Notes: a model not told the origin generated them from the sequence alone. Positions 1-12,936 are shown, numbered from the stretch's first letter. The stretch is 64,000 nucleotides of DNA from Carcharhinus amblyrhynchos (GCA_965287045.1 OZ336874.1:95790001-95854000), one strand, 5' to 3'. Numbers and translations: made by a program.

Positions 1-122
1 CGGAATTCTACCGCCCCACCTGCCACAGAATAGGAGTGGGCAAGCGGCAGACAACGGAAAAGTCTGTTGACGTTGGATATGAATTTCCTGTCTTGCTCGA
101 GCAAGGCTGTAAAATCTCACCC
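1..122. mobile_element. Short (~120 bp) MITE-like element, truncated by the window edge
   Basis: Ends cggaattctacc...gtaaaatctcaccc. Similar copies occur at ~8232-8350, ~13250-13370 and ~62200-62325. Confidence 0.55.
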
Positions 123-427
123 ATGGTATCAAACCATTCGGAGGTGAAGGAACTCGAATAGCCCATAACAAGTAGAAATGGATTATCAAATACACCGGTA
201 CACCATTTGTAATTGCTTTGAACTGGTGTCTAAGTCAAAAATGATGATGTTAAGCTTACAATGTGCTCTCACTTTCACTATGGTAAGTGGGCAACTTTGT
301 ATACACTCAAGAATTTCTTGCTTGCAAGGCAGAAATTTCAAATTGTAAATAAATAATCCCATGGTACTTTTCCTTTAAAGTCATTATAAACATCAAGTGT
401 AAAATTGGTACTAAGATGTTTTGTATT

Positions 428-785
428 TCATAGTATCATAGAATGTCTACAGTGCAGAAGGAGGCCATTTGGCCCATCACATCTGCACTGACTCTCCAAC
501 AGAGCATCTTAACCAGGCCCACCCTCTGCCCTATGCCTGTAACCCACACATTTATCCTGCTAATCTCACTAATGTGAACATCTTTGGACATTAAAGGACA
601 ATCTAGCATGGCCAATCGACCTAACCTGCACATCTTTAGAGTGTGGGAAGAAACCAGAGCGCCTGGAGGAAATCCATGCAGAATCAGGGAGAAAGTGAAA
701 ACTCCATACAGACAGTCCCCCGAGACTGGAATTGAACCCGGGTCCCTGGTGTTTTGAGGCCAGCCACTGTGCCACAACATGCCCT
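428..785 (-). mobile_element. HE1-like tRNA-derived V-SINE with CR1-type tail
   Basis: Minus strand reads gtggcacagtgg (box A), ggttcaattcc (box B), the ctgtatggagttt...gatgtgcaggttagg core and a ttctatga tail. Confidence 0.85.
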
Positions 786-1322
786 CCTTATTTAAGTTGA
801 GTCATCTGTTTAAAACTACACAACTGCATTATTTCCCTCCAAAACCTGGAGGTTCTAGGTTACAATAAAGTTAATTATCCTTTATAGTAATCCAATTTCA
901 CGCACCTCTGGAGATCTAGTCACCAAGAGATGGCGAGAAAATGACCTTTAAAATACACCCACACGTGGAAATATGAATGGAAAAATGCAGTTCTTAGTTC
1001 TTTGTTAGCGAATGGGGATCTACTGAATAGAATTGGGACTAAGAAAAATGAAACTGCCTAAAAAGGAGTTGAGTTCTGTTATCAAACTACACAAAGTTAA
1101 AATTAGCAATTCAAAATATTTACACTTATTTTGATAATGGAAAGTACAAATGGAAGGATGTTGCATTGTTTCTTCCTGCTGTGAGTATTCCTAATAAGCA
1201 ATTATAATTTATTTGGCAGGAACTGAATGTTCTGCAATCTATTTATAAAAGGCAACTTGGTGATAATTGAGGTCTTTCACAACTAATTACTAATGAGGTG
1301 TTATCTTTTATTCTGCTGTCAG

Positions 1323-4300
1323 ATTGGAGAGCTACTGAGCACCACACATCCAGCCAACAAAGCCAGCCTCACATTATTCTGCCTTGAGGAAGGTGACTGG
1401 AAAAACACAAATCTGGAAAAGCATAACCTGCAGGACTTCATCAATATAAAACTCAACTCGGTCTCCATTCTGCCAGAGATGGAAGGACTTTCGGAATTCA
1501 CCGAGTATCTCTCCGAGTCGGTTGAGGTGCCGTCATCCTTTGACGTCTTGGAGCCCCCAGCCTCAGGCGGCTTCCTGAAGCTGTCGAAACCCTGCTGCTA
1601 CATTTTCCCCGGCGGGAGAGGGGACTCGGCACTGTTCGCCGTGAACGGATTTAACATGCTCATAAACGGGGGCTCGGATCGCAAGTCGTGCTTCTGGAAA
1701 CTGGTGCGACATTTGGACAGGGTCGACTCGATCCTGCTCACCCACAATGGAGCTGACAACCTCCCCGGCGTCAACAGTTTGCTGCAACGTAAGATAGCCG
1801 AGCTGGAGGAGGAGCAGTCGCAAGGGTCCACGGCTAACAGTGACTGGCTGAAAAACCTCATCTCGCCAGAACTGGGCGTCGTCTTTCTTAATGTCCCGGA
1901 AAATATGACAAACTTGCAGCCTAATTTCAGGGTCAGGAGAAACACTGAGGAGACTTGCCTTACTCTCCAGTACTTAAACAAGTTGTCTATAAAACCAGAA
2001 CCCCTGTACAGGACTGTAGGAAATGCAATCGATCCAGTAATCCTATTCCAGAAAATGGGTGTGGGGAGACTAGAAATGTACATTTTAAATCCAGTGAAAG
2101 GAAGCAAAGAGCTACAGTTTTTCATGCAACATTGGTCTAGCAGTAACAAAGCTAAAACTGGACTGGTGTTACCAAATGGCAAAGATGCAGAAATCTCATT
2201 TCCATACTTGACCTCAATATCCTCACTGATTGTGTGGCATCCAGCTAATCCAACTGAGAAAATAGTGCGTGCCCTGTTCCCAGGAAATGCCCCACAGTAC
2301 AATATCCTGGACGGATTAGAGAAACTCAAAGATTTAGACTTCCTTAAACACCCAGTGGTAACTCAAAAAGAGCTATCAGCTGGCTTGGCTGTGCCAACTG
2401 TTAAACAGGCCAAGATGAAGCAACGCAGTGACAGCAAGGAGAGTCTTAAATCTAACTCGAAGCCAGCCGCTGCTAAAGGAGTTAAGAAGGAGGAAACAGC
2501 AGAAGCGGTGAAACCTACCGCAGCTACTCAACAAGAGAAAGAAAAACTTCAAAAGGTGGAGAAGAAGGAAAAAGCCACAGTCAAGAAGGAGAAACCCAGA
2601 ACAGAGTCACAATCAAAGCTCGAAGAAAAAGAAACGAAAGCAAAAGAGGAAGCGGCTAAGCAGGAGCTCGAGGAGAAAGCGCAGAAGGATGACAAGCTGA
2701 AATCCGAGAACAAACCAAAACCTGTCAAGGAACGGATTGTGAAGAAAGAGGTGAAAGCAAAGAAGCCGGAGGACAAGAAGAAAGAAGAAAAGGAAGTGAA
2801 AAAAGAGAGTGCCAAGCCAGAGGCAAAGGAAGACAAAGCAAAGGTCAAAAAAGAAGAGAAGCCTAAGAAAGAAGAAATAAAGAAAGAAGCCAAGAAAGAG
2901 GTTAAAAAAGAAGTGAAGAAAAAAGAAACACCATTGAAAGAGGTGAAAAAGGAAGAAAAGAAAGAAATCAAAAAACCTGACAAGGATGTCAAGAAGGAGG
3001 TGAAGAAACCTCTTAAAGAAGCTAAAAAACCAGTGACTGCAACTGAGGCCAAAAAATTACCAACCAAACCCAAAGTGGAAAAGAAGAGTGAACCGATAAA
3101 GAAGGAAGACATTGCTACAAGTAAACCGAAAGAAAAAGGGAAGCCAAAACCAGTCAAGAAAGAAACCAAAATGGAGAAAGTTGCTATGGCGGGGGCAGCA
3201 GCAGCAACAGCAGCAGCAGTCGTTGCAGTGGCTACAGATGAACTAGAGATCGAACGATCACTAATGTCCTCACCAGAAGATTTAACCAAGGACTTTGAAG
3301 AACTTAATGAAGAGGAGAAAAGAGACATTCAAGAACCTATTGTCCCAACAGAAAATTCAATAAATAACGAAATGCAGGAAGCTACACTTGTGAAAAAAAG
3401 AGGCTTTATCATCCGAGGGGACTCTTTGGAGACGGATGAATCTCCTGATGAAGGAATAACAACCACTGAAGCAGAAGGCGAGTTTGAACAGTCTCCTCAA
3501 GAATACATTGAAACTGGAAATAAGGTTACGTTAGAAAGATTTGAGGATGAAGGCGCTGCTTTTGAAGAATCGTCCGAACCTGGTGACTATGAAGAAAAGG
3601 CAGAGACTGAAGACGTTGAAGAGCTAGCGGAAGATCTGGGAGAGAAGATGCCTCCAGGCAAACCTGGACCAGAGCACGTCTTAACTGGGGGAAAGGTTGA
3701 GGTCGAAGACATTGAAGCGGAAGAGTTAATTGAAACTGAGGAACCGGCTGAAGAAGAGATTGTAGAAAAAGAAGAAACAGAAGATTCTGAAGTAGGAGAT
3801 GATCGTAGAGAACGAGAAGACTTTCTTGAAAAGGCTGAAGTGGAAGATGAGGCAGAAGATGAAGAGAATAGAGTCGATCTTAGCGAAGAAGCTGAAGCTG
3901 ATGAAGAGAAAGATATAGGCGAGATTAAAACAACTGAGATGCATAAAGTAAACATTCCGTTCCCTGGTGCAACTTTGGATAAACTCCCTGCACTTCATTC
4001 TTCAATGATTGATCAAACGCTGTCTATTCGTAATGAGACAATACCCACTGATTTTGAAAGTGAAATAACTGTTTCTGATGAAGAAACCCACGAAGAGCCG
4101 CCAGAGGAATTTACAGCAACATCAGGTTTCACTCAGTCCACAATTGAAATTTCGAGTGAACCAACCCCGATGGATGAGATGTCCACACCTAGAGATGTCA
4201 TGAGTGACGAAACCAATAATGAAGAGACTGAGTCTCCTACTCAGGAGTTTGTCAGCATGACAAAGTTGGAAACTACAGTTATCTCTCAGGGTCGTGAGGG

Positions 4301-7248
4301 AGCCAAGCTTTCTCCTGTCCCTGACACTTACAATGGACTCTCGTTAGAAACTTCAAAAACTGAAGTGACACAAGGTGATGATTATCCAGCATCAGCTTCA
4401 ACAATATCTCCCTCATCTTCTCTGGAAGAAGACAAATGCTTCAAGAGCCCATCCAGAGGCATTCCTAAACGTGATGAATTTGATAAGCAAGAGGAACTAG
4501 ACACTGAAAAGCATGAGGATCAAATAAAAGATCTGGAAGCCAAATTAAGCCCTGCGAGGAGTCCAGCAGGGTCATCACCACAGTCCAGGACACCCCTGAG
4601 TGACAATAATGTCAACTTTGATTTAACTTCATCGGACATCAAGGCCTCCACAGATCTCACAACCTCTGACCAAGAAATTCCGGATGATCATTGTGCTAGT
4701 CCCGAAGAAAAGACCCTGGAGATGGCATCTCCCACACACTCTGGGTCTCCCAGTGCTGGTCACACCCCATTTTATCAGTCTCCAGTAGATGAGAAAGACA
4801 GTAAAGTTGCAAGTGAATTGACAGGAAAACTCCCAACCCCAATCATTATTGAGACGGATGATATGAAAGCCGACGAGACCAGTCCAAGATATAGCCCCAT
4901 GGATGAGCCTGTACCTGATTCCGAATCGCCCGTAGAAAAGGTTTTGTCTCCGCTACGAAGTCCACCCATGTTGGGTTCCAGTTCACCTGTTGATAGCTCT
5001 CCAAATGACGGGGAAGAATTCCCTGTGCAATTCCTTGAAGGTGCAATGGAACTCTCGAGTGATAAGCTTAAACTACTTTCTTCGCCCCATCTTTATCCAT
5101 TTAATGATTTCTCATCCAGCCCTGCAGCACCTGAGAAAGAGAGTGCTGTCGACTTTGAGTTGTTGACTCCCAAAGATAGTTTTAGCCAGGAACCTAAAGT
5201 GGAAGAAAGTGCTGCTCCGACCTTCCCATCACTTGGTCCCTTTGACGCTCCTAAAACAGCAGCCGAACTGTCCCCGACCCTGGTCGATCTCAGTCAGATC
5301 GGGTCGGTAAAAGAAGACAGCAAAATGTCTATTTCTGAAGGAACCACGTCAGACAAATCAGCTACTCCTGTCGATGAGGTGGTTGCGGAAGACACTTATT
5401 CCCACATAGAAGGAGTCGCATCAGCTTCAACAGCGTCTCTTGCCACAAGCTCTTTCCCAGAACCGACCGCAGATGATGTTTCTCCCTCACTGCATGCAGA
5501 AGTTGGGTCTCCTCATTCAACCGAAGTAGATGAATCCCTTTCAGTATCTGTTGTCCAAACGCCTACAACTTTCCAAGAAGCGGAAGTTTCACCTTCCAGA
5601 GAGGATTGCCCAAGGCCGATGTCCATCTCTCCTCCCGAGGTGTCTCCGAAAACTGCCAAATCCAGAACTCCCGTACAGGAGGTTAAGTCACCTGAACATT
5701 CGACAATGTCTGTGGAATTCAGTCAGGAGTCACCGGAACAGTCTTTGGCTTTGGATTTCAGTAGACAATCTCCTGAACAACCTGCGTTTAATGCCAGCTT
5801 CCAGCACATATCTGAAAATGGACCCACTGAAGTAGATTATAGCCCCTCAGATATGCAAGAGCCTGGGTTTACCCAGCATGCTTTGCCTACGCTTGACAGA
5901 TCATTCTATGGTCAAGAAAGAGATCATTTGCAATTTGGTTCGACCCCACCTACAGAAGCTTCTCCATCAACTTCATCTGCTCGTACACCACAGACAGGTT
6001 CTCCACTGCAAGAGGAATATGGTGTACTGTCTGGAAAACCAGTTACTTCTGGAATGCCATTACTTACAGAGAGGGTATCGTCTGCCCGTTCACCAGAGCA
6101 AAGTTCTCCACTGCAGGACCAGGAGGAACTACAGATGTTTGATCTTGCTCAGCCTCTTTCCCTTGCAAAGGAAGTGTCCCATCTGCACACACCTGATTCA
6201 CCAAGCTCAGGCCTGCTGCAGGAGAAGACTCCAGTGGTCTCATCCATCATGTCTCCTTCAGAGCAAGTGGCCGCTGTGTACGCATCACACTCGTTCCAAG
6301 AGCCCGCCCTCTCTCGTAGCAAAATTTCGGTCACAGAGTCAGACGTGGAAGAAATGGACACATTCGGCAGCAAACAAGACAAAGCCAAAGATGCACGTGA
6401 GCTTGGAGATGGACATTTTGCATCCGGAACAGCGCGATCAACAGAGGTTCAACATGCCGCAGATACATGTTTTAGAACTCCGACTGCATTCAGGCTCAAT
6501 ATGGCCGACCTTTCCCCTTCATTCATCAATCCAAGCCCATTAGAATTTTTTGAGCAGGATGACGATCCTGAAGATCTCGAAAGGCCACTGACACAAGGTG
6601 GAGGAGCGCAGCCCCCATCCGGTGGGAAGCAGCAGGCCCGACAATGTGACGATACTCCGGGGACATCAGTCAGCGACTCAGCTCCGTCGCAGACTGATTC
6701 CGATTTTCCCCCCGGGACAGAGGAATGCCCTTCGATCACTGCAGATGCTGCCTTAGACTCTGAGGATGAGTCAGAAACTCTTCCCACGGACAGAACACTT
6801 GTACACAGGCAAATGGACCCACCACCTGTTTCGTTAAAGGACCCTAGTCCTCCACCACCACATCCAGATGTTTGCATGGTAGATCCTGAGGCGCTGCCGA
6901 CTGACCAGAGCTTGGCAAAGGCAGACAAGCCATTGAAGAAAGAGGTTAAAGAGAGAACAAAGACCAAAAAACAGACCACAAAGACAAAGTCTTCCTCCCC
7001 TTCCAGAAAAACTGACAGCAAAGTAAAGCATTCCAGTGCCCCTTCCAGAACCAATGCACTAGCATCTGCTAAGGAAACAGCTGATAAAACTGCAAAGACA
7101 GCCTCTCCTAAAAAGAAGGATTCCGTAGAGAAAGGAGCCAAAGCTAACACTAATCCAGAAGTAAAGGGCGCTCGAGGCGATGACAAAGAAGCAAAAAATG
7201 CTACTAACACCACAAATTCCAAATCTACACATACTACTAAAAATCCAG
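1323..7248 (+). CDS. MAP1B: Microtubule-associated protein 1B, giant internal coding exon (equivalent to mammalian exon 5)
   Basis: Acceptor ttctgctgtcag|ATT at 1322/1323 and donor CCAG|gtaaaa at 7248/7249 (phase 1). Translation includes IGELLSTTHPANKASLTLFC, KPCCYIFPGGRGDSALFAVNGFN, KKE(E/V) repeats, ERSLMSSPEDLTKDFEEL, SPDEGITTTE, EEFTATSGFTQSTIEISSEPTPMDEMSTPRDVMSDETNNEETESP and LSPSFINP, all recognisable MAP1B motifs. The ORF-track ends (1293, 7292) run into the introns. Confidence 0.97.
2520..3170 (+). repeat. KKE(E/V/I)-rich coding repeats, MAP1B microtubule-binding region
   Basis: Translation KKEEKEVKKE...KKEEIKKEAKKEVKKEVKKKE...VKKEEKKEIKK. Confidence 0.85.
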
Positions 7249-7797
7249 GTAAAATACTTAGACATTGTATAGTGAGCGAATGTACTAAATAATTCAATTT
7301 GGAGCCAGAATATCACATTTTAAGTGTTCAACCGTTCTTGAAAATGAGTACATTTATTTTCCTGGAATTTTCTCTTCCTTTTAATAATCATTGGTGGAGA
7401 GTTAGGAGGCAGTAATACTATCTTTCAAGGTTTTCTGTTGATCATCCACCATAGCTATAGCAGACAATCGGGAGAACTGTAGAAATCCCTCACCTTAAAC
7501 TACACGGAACCTCTTCCACCTTGTATCATTGTCTCAATTTTGTATAAGTTAGTGTTTAAGGAGAAGCTGGAACGCACTAACTGAGTACTTGTTCACTCAT
7601 GGTGCTCTTTATCATTTGATTTTGCCACACTTTTGCTCTAGCATTCCTCAGGAATAAAACTATTGACCTGGAGCTTCGTACTCTTATTTTGAAAACTACT
7701 CTGCGAGTTTCACCAATGAAAGTAACAGGTTATCATCACAGAATTAGATGAATTTCCTGCTTCTTGTTTTGCTTACCTTACTCATTAGGTAAGAAGG

Positions 7798-7895
7798 ATC
7801 TGAGGAAGAGTCATATAGACTCAGAATGTTAACTGTTTTTCTCTCTCAAGTGCTGCCAGACCTGCTGAGTTTTTCCAACATTTCCTGTTTTTATT
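7798..7895 (+). mobile_element. Penelope-derived short terminal fragment
   Basis: tctgaggaagagtcatatagactcagaatgttaactg...tgctgccagacctgctgagtttttccaaca; same family as 30250-30431 and 55161-55346. Confidence 0.55.
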
Positions 7896-8064
7896 ATTCA
7901 TTTGGCTGTAGGAGTTCAGGAATACCGGGAGCATTAGTGGAATGAATCCTCTCCAAGGTTAACCTGTACACCTCTTGGTGTCCATTATTGAACCAGGCTG
8001 GCAAATCGATTGTCAACAGTGCTTGGAATACTGAAAACTTGCCTGGTCATGTATCAGCTGATCA

Positions 8065-8866
8065 AATAGGAGCAGAGGACTCAGGAGCAGAAGTAGGCTA
8101 TTTGGCCTTTGAGTCTGCTCCACCATTCAGTAACATTTTGGCTGAGCTGGTCGTGATTTTTCACATGATCCTTGACTGCCATGTCTTATCAAAAATCAGG
8201 AGACCAAAACTGTACACAGTGCTCCAGATATGGGGCGGGACTTTCCTGTCATGGTCACCCCAAGAGTGGAAAATCCTGCCCGAGGTCAATGGACCTTTGC
8301 ATGGTCCAGTCCCCGCTCGCTACAATTCCTGTGATAGGCGGGACGGAAGTGTTCCACTGCCTGTGGCCTCACCTAGTCCCTGTACAGCTGCAGTAAACTT
8401 ATTCAGATTTATATTCCATTCCCCTTGCAATAAACACCAACAGTTCATTTACCTTCGTAATCACTTGCTGTTCCTGAATGCTAACTTTGTGATACATGTA
8501 CCAGGACACCAAGATCCCCCTCTCCTGCAGAGTTTTTAATCTCCATTTTAAAAAACTATTCTGATTTTCTATTCTTTCTGCCATTGTTACCAGGTTCACA
8601 CTGTTCCCACATTTATACTCCATCTGCTATTGTTTTGCCCACTCATGTAGCTGATCAATAACCTTCTGTAGGTTTTTTTTCCTTCTCTTGACAACTTACT
8701 TTCTTATCTATCTTGGTGTCACCAGCAAATTCATCTGCCGTACTTTTGGTTTCTTCATCCAGTTCATAGATACAGATTGTAAATACTTGAGGCCCCAGTA
8801 CTGATCGCTGTGGCACTCTAGTTACAGGTTGCCAACCTTAAAAAGACCCATTTATCCTTTCTCTCC
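8065..8866 (-). mobile_element. Old CR1 LINE 3' fragment, interrupted by a MITE (~8232-8350)
   Basis: Degenerate RT/C-terminal sequence on the minus strand (LLVFIARGMEYKS) and the CR1 3' hairpin region. Confidence 0.75.
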
Positions 8867-8867
8867 T

Positions 8868-10036
8868 AGAGGTTACTGCAGAAGGTCAGAGGACATGGAG
8901 TTGGGGGTAGGGTGTTAGCGTGGATAGAGGATTGGTTGTCAAATAGGAGGCAGAGAGTGGGGGTCAATGGGTGCTATTCGGATTGGCGGTTGGTGACTAG
9001 TGGGGTGCCCCAGGGGTCGGTGCTGGGGCCTCAGCTATTTACCATTTATATAGATGATCTGGAGGAGGGAACCGAGTGTAGGGTGTCGAAATTTGCTGAT
9101 GATACCAAGATTGGGGGAAAGGCAAATTGTGTGGAGGGTGTGGAGAGTCTGCAGAAGGATCTAGATAGGCTGGGCGAATGGGCCAGGAAATGGCAAATGG
9201 AATTTAATGTTGGCAAGTGTGAGGTGGTCCACTTTGGTAGGAAGAATGGTAGGAAGGACTATTACTTACGTGGCGAAAAACTGCAGCAGGCGACGGTGCA
9301 GAGGGACCTCGGGGTCCTTGTGCATGAGTCGCAAAAACCCAGCCTGCAGGTGCAGCAGGTGGTCAGGAAGGCGAATGGGATGCTGGCCTTCATAGCGAGG
9401 GGGATTGAATATAAAAGTAGGGAGGTCTTGCTGCAGCTGTATAGGGCATTGGTGAGGCCGCAGCTGGAGTACTGTGTGCAGTTTTGGGCGCCGCACCTGC
9501 GCAAGGATATTTTGGCCTTGGAGGGAGTGCAGAGGAGGTTTACTAGGCTGATACCGGAGTTGAGGGGGTTGAGCTATGAGGAGAGGCTGAATAAACTAGG
9601 CTTGTACTCGTTAGAGTTTAGAAGAATGAGGGGAGATCTCATTGAGACGTATAAGATGATGAATGGGATGGATAGGATAGAGGTGGAAAGACTCTTCCCG
9701 CTCAAAAAAGACAGTAGGACTAGGGGGCACAGCCTCAAGATAAAGGGGGGGCGGTTCAGAACGGAGTTGAGGAGGAACTTCTTCACTCAAAGGGTGGTGA
9801 ATCTCTGGAATTCTCTGCCCGTTGAAGTGGTGGAGGCTGCCTCGCTAAATATTTTTAAGAAGCGGGTTGATGGGTTTTTGATAAGAGAGGGGATTAAGGG
9901 TTATGGGGAGAGGGCGGGAAAGTGGAACTGAGCCACGACAGATCAGCCATGATCTTATTGAATGGCGGGGCAGGCTCGAAGGGCCAGATGGCCTACTCCT
10001 GCTCCTATTTCTTATGTTCTTATGTTCTTATGTTCT
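8868..10036 (+). mobile_element. Young 5'-truncated CR1 LINE (RT C-terminal part of ORF2 plus 3'UTR)
   Basis: Open 339-aa frame with VTSGVPQGSVLGPQLFTIYIDDL...SKFADDTKIG...WQMEFNVGKC...LEYCVQFW, and a (TTCTTATG)n tail. Confidence 0.95.
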
Positions 10037-10277
10037 AATCAATCCTTTAGCTATGCAAATATATTTAAAAAAGGGGAAAGCCACCCTAGTCCCAGATGAC
10101 TATAGGCTGCTTCCTGCCTTGAGGGGGAGAGGTGACTGATGGTGATTTAACCTGAGGATCAGCAAGGGGCAAGATTGAGAAAGCAGGGACTCCATAGATA
10201 AACTCAGCCAGTATGGGAATTGAATCGACACTGTTATTGAATCCAGCTGTCCAGCCAACTGAGATAACCCCCCCCTT

Positions 10278-10557
10278 TGTTTATTTATTAGTGTTACAAG
10301 TAGGCTTACATTAACAATGCAATGAAGTAACTGTGAAAATCGCCTAGATGCCACACTCTGGCACCTGTTCAGGTACACTGAGGGAGAATTTAGCATGGTC
10401 AGTGCGCACCTATCCAGCAGGCCTTTTGGACTGTGGATGAATCCACGCAGACATAGGCAGAAAATGCAGACTCCACACAGTGACCCAAGCCGGGAATCGA
10501 ACTCGGGTTCCTGGCACTGTGAGGTAGGAATGCTAACCACTATGCCACCGCGCTGTC
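10278..10557 (-). mobile_element. HE1-like V-SINE with alternative tail
   Basis: Same tRNA head and core as 428-785. The tail reads ...ttttcacagttacttcattgc...gtaagcctacttgtaacactaataaataaac. Confidence 0.85.
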
Positions 10558-10619
10558 CACAACCCATGTACCGTGTGGTTTATCTTGTGTAGTAATCTAT
10601 GATGGGGCACCTTATCAAA

Positions 10620-11067
10620 AATATTAGACCTAAAAGCAAACAAGTCCCCAGGACTAGATGGCTTGCATCCTAAGGTCTCAAAAGAGATGGCTGCAAAGAT
10701 AATTTGTTATAATTTCCCAGAATTCACAGATCCTGGAAGGATCTCTGCAGATTTGAAGAATAGCTAATGTAACATAACAGAACCAGCATAGCTTTCTGAA
10801 AGGGAAATCATGTTGAACTAAATTAGAGTTTCTGAGGAAGTGACAGCAAGCTGGATAAAGTGGAACCTGTAAATGTAGTATACTTGGATTTCCCTTTCAG
10901 AAATCTATGCTGGCTCTGCTTGATCACATTATGGTTTTTTAAGTAGCCTGCTATAATTTCCTTAATAATAGATTCAACATACTTAAGAAAGGAGAGAGAC
11001 AGAATGTGGGAAACTGTTGGCCAAATAACCTAACATCTTCACAGGGAAATTGCTAGAATCTATTATA
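10620..11067. mobile_element. Internally rearranged CR1 ORF2 fragment
   Basis: KSPGLDGLHPKV-like start, then ORF2 pieces in non-colinear order with one inverted segment. Confidence 0.65.
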
Positions 11068-11957
11068 GTTTATAATTTAGTCCCTAACTGTTCATAATCC
11101 CTAGACACAACCTCTTTCTTACTCTAGTGCCATAGAATTCCCTGGGTAGTCTTCCCACTGTGCTACTAAATGCCCCAACATGTCCTCAATTTAGGGTCTT
11201 ATCTACCCTCACCCCAATTATTGATCACTTAAATGGCTGAGGGGTTGCATAGATTGGCGGAGGTGTATTCCTGTGGACATTCGGGTGGCAGGAAACTGGA
11301 GAATTCCTGCTCTATGGGGTTCAGTCACAATGGATAACCTCAGAATGGAAACATCACACAGACACCATCCCTTGATGTACTTTGACAGTTGCTCTATCAC
11401 CAGAATTAATGTCCAACAATGTCCTTTCCTGGTTAGGTATGCCATAGAATCGTTAATAGACATAAATTACTCAACATGTACAGAAAATGAAACCCATGCA
11501 GTAAAGTGTAATTTTCAAAGTCTTTAGCCGCCTCTGCTGTTAATTGTGACTAAACTAAATGTAAGTGGGTGCTTGGCATAGCAGGTCTTAAGTGACAGAG
11601 CAGTCGCCAGCAAAATAATTGAATCATGTGATGTTGTCAGTGCCTGGGAAAGATCCTGTGATATTAAACCTGGGAACACTGGTGGCTTTCCCTGCAGTAG
11701 AAATGGAAAATCCCTGCTCTGTTCAACCTCATTTATCAAACTTCGCGACTGTTCAAGCTGTTGTGCTAGATTTAATGTCTGGGGAGTTTATTGTCCCAAG
11801 ACCTTAGCTCATCTGCTGTCTGAATTCCCGGGTTGTTCTCTTGCTCCAACCCCCAGGTGCACTAAAGAGTAACTCAGCAATGGCTGCTGCATTCACTGTG
11901 AGCTGAATGTTCCTCTGTACCATTCACTTCTAATGCTGTGGAGCCATTGAAATGTAG

Positions 11958-12303
11958 CATCATAAAAACCCTACAGTGCAGAAGGAGGCCAGTCGACCCA
12001 TGGAGTCTGCATCAACTCTCTGACAGAATACCTTACCCAGGTCCACCCCACCCTATCTCCACAGCCCTACATATTTACCCTGCTTATCCCTTTAACCTAC
12101 ACACAAGGAGACAATTTAGCATGGCCAATCCACCCAACCTGAACATCTTTGGAGTGTGAGAGGAAACCGGAGCACCTGGAGGAAGTCCACACAAAAGCAG
12201 GGAGAATGTGCAGACTCCACATGGTGGCCCAGAGCCGGAATTGAACCAGGGTCCCTGGTGCTGTGAGGTGGCAGTGCTAACCACTGTGCCACCATGCCAC
12301 CCC
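11958..12303 (-). mobile_element. HE1-like V-SINE, CR1-type tail
   Basis: Near full-length copy, similar to 428-785. Confidence 0.85.
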
Positions 12304-12936
12304 ATTCCCTGTGTAACTCCATTCTGAATTTGGAATTCAACACATTTTTCTCTCACCTTCCCTTCTGCTCTGGTTCTGGCTGCAAAATTCTGACCAAAGT
12401 GTTGTTGATTTACTTCCAATAATTGGTCTTAATAAGCAAAATGTACTTTCCATATTGGTATTTTCTGTTAACCTATATCAGAATGGGAGGAGGAGGATAT
12501 ATGGCAGGATCTTTTGTCCTGCCGCTATCAACGGGATGTCCCATTGATTCTCCTCCACTCTGTCGGGAAACACATATTGGTGGTGCACTGGGTCCCACTG
12601 ATGTGAAGAAACACAAGATCGTGCCCATAGTTTCTAATGTTTCTCTATCTTTACCACATTCTTCCTGTCTTACAGCTTTGTTTGAATTTGGGAAGTCTTT
12701 AATTAAAATGAATTCGCTGAGAAATAAATGGTCTTAAACACTCATTCACCACCGTTTCTCTTAGCTGCAAAGCTCCTTTGTAGTTGTGTGATTTTAAATT
12801 GAAATATATCTGGACATATACTTTCCACAGTTCAAAGTGACTGTCATCCCAAAGTTAATTTTTGAAATAAACATAAAGCAAAATAGTGTGGCAAACAAAA
12901 AGATGATCAGTAAGTTAGTCTGGGATGAAAAGTAAA

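Noticed and set aside
436-780. Recurring short ORFs of the type MVSTAASQ...GSLSVWSLHILP
   Set aside because: They are translations of the V-SINE found in many copies, not a peptide family.
1293-7292. 1999-aa ORF as a complete single-exon gene
   Set aside because: Canonical splice sites lie at 1322/1323 and 7248/7249, and the LC1 exons follow downstream. The ATG at 1293 and the last 14 codons are intronic.
1598-7316. Long antisense ORFs (243, 259, 122 and 282 aa) and the alternate-frame 221-aa ORF
   Set aside because: Shadow frames caused by Lys/Glu/Ser codon bias in MAP1B; low-complexity S/F/L translations with no independent support.
8912-9931. 339-aa reverse transcriptase ORF as a host gene or novel RT system
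   Set aside because: It is a 5'-truncated CR1 ORF2 with a typical tail and a near-identical second copy in the window.
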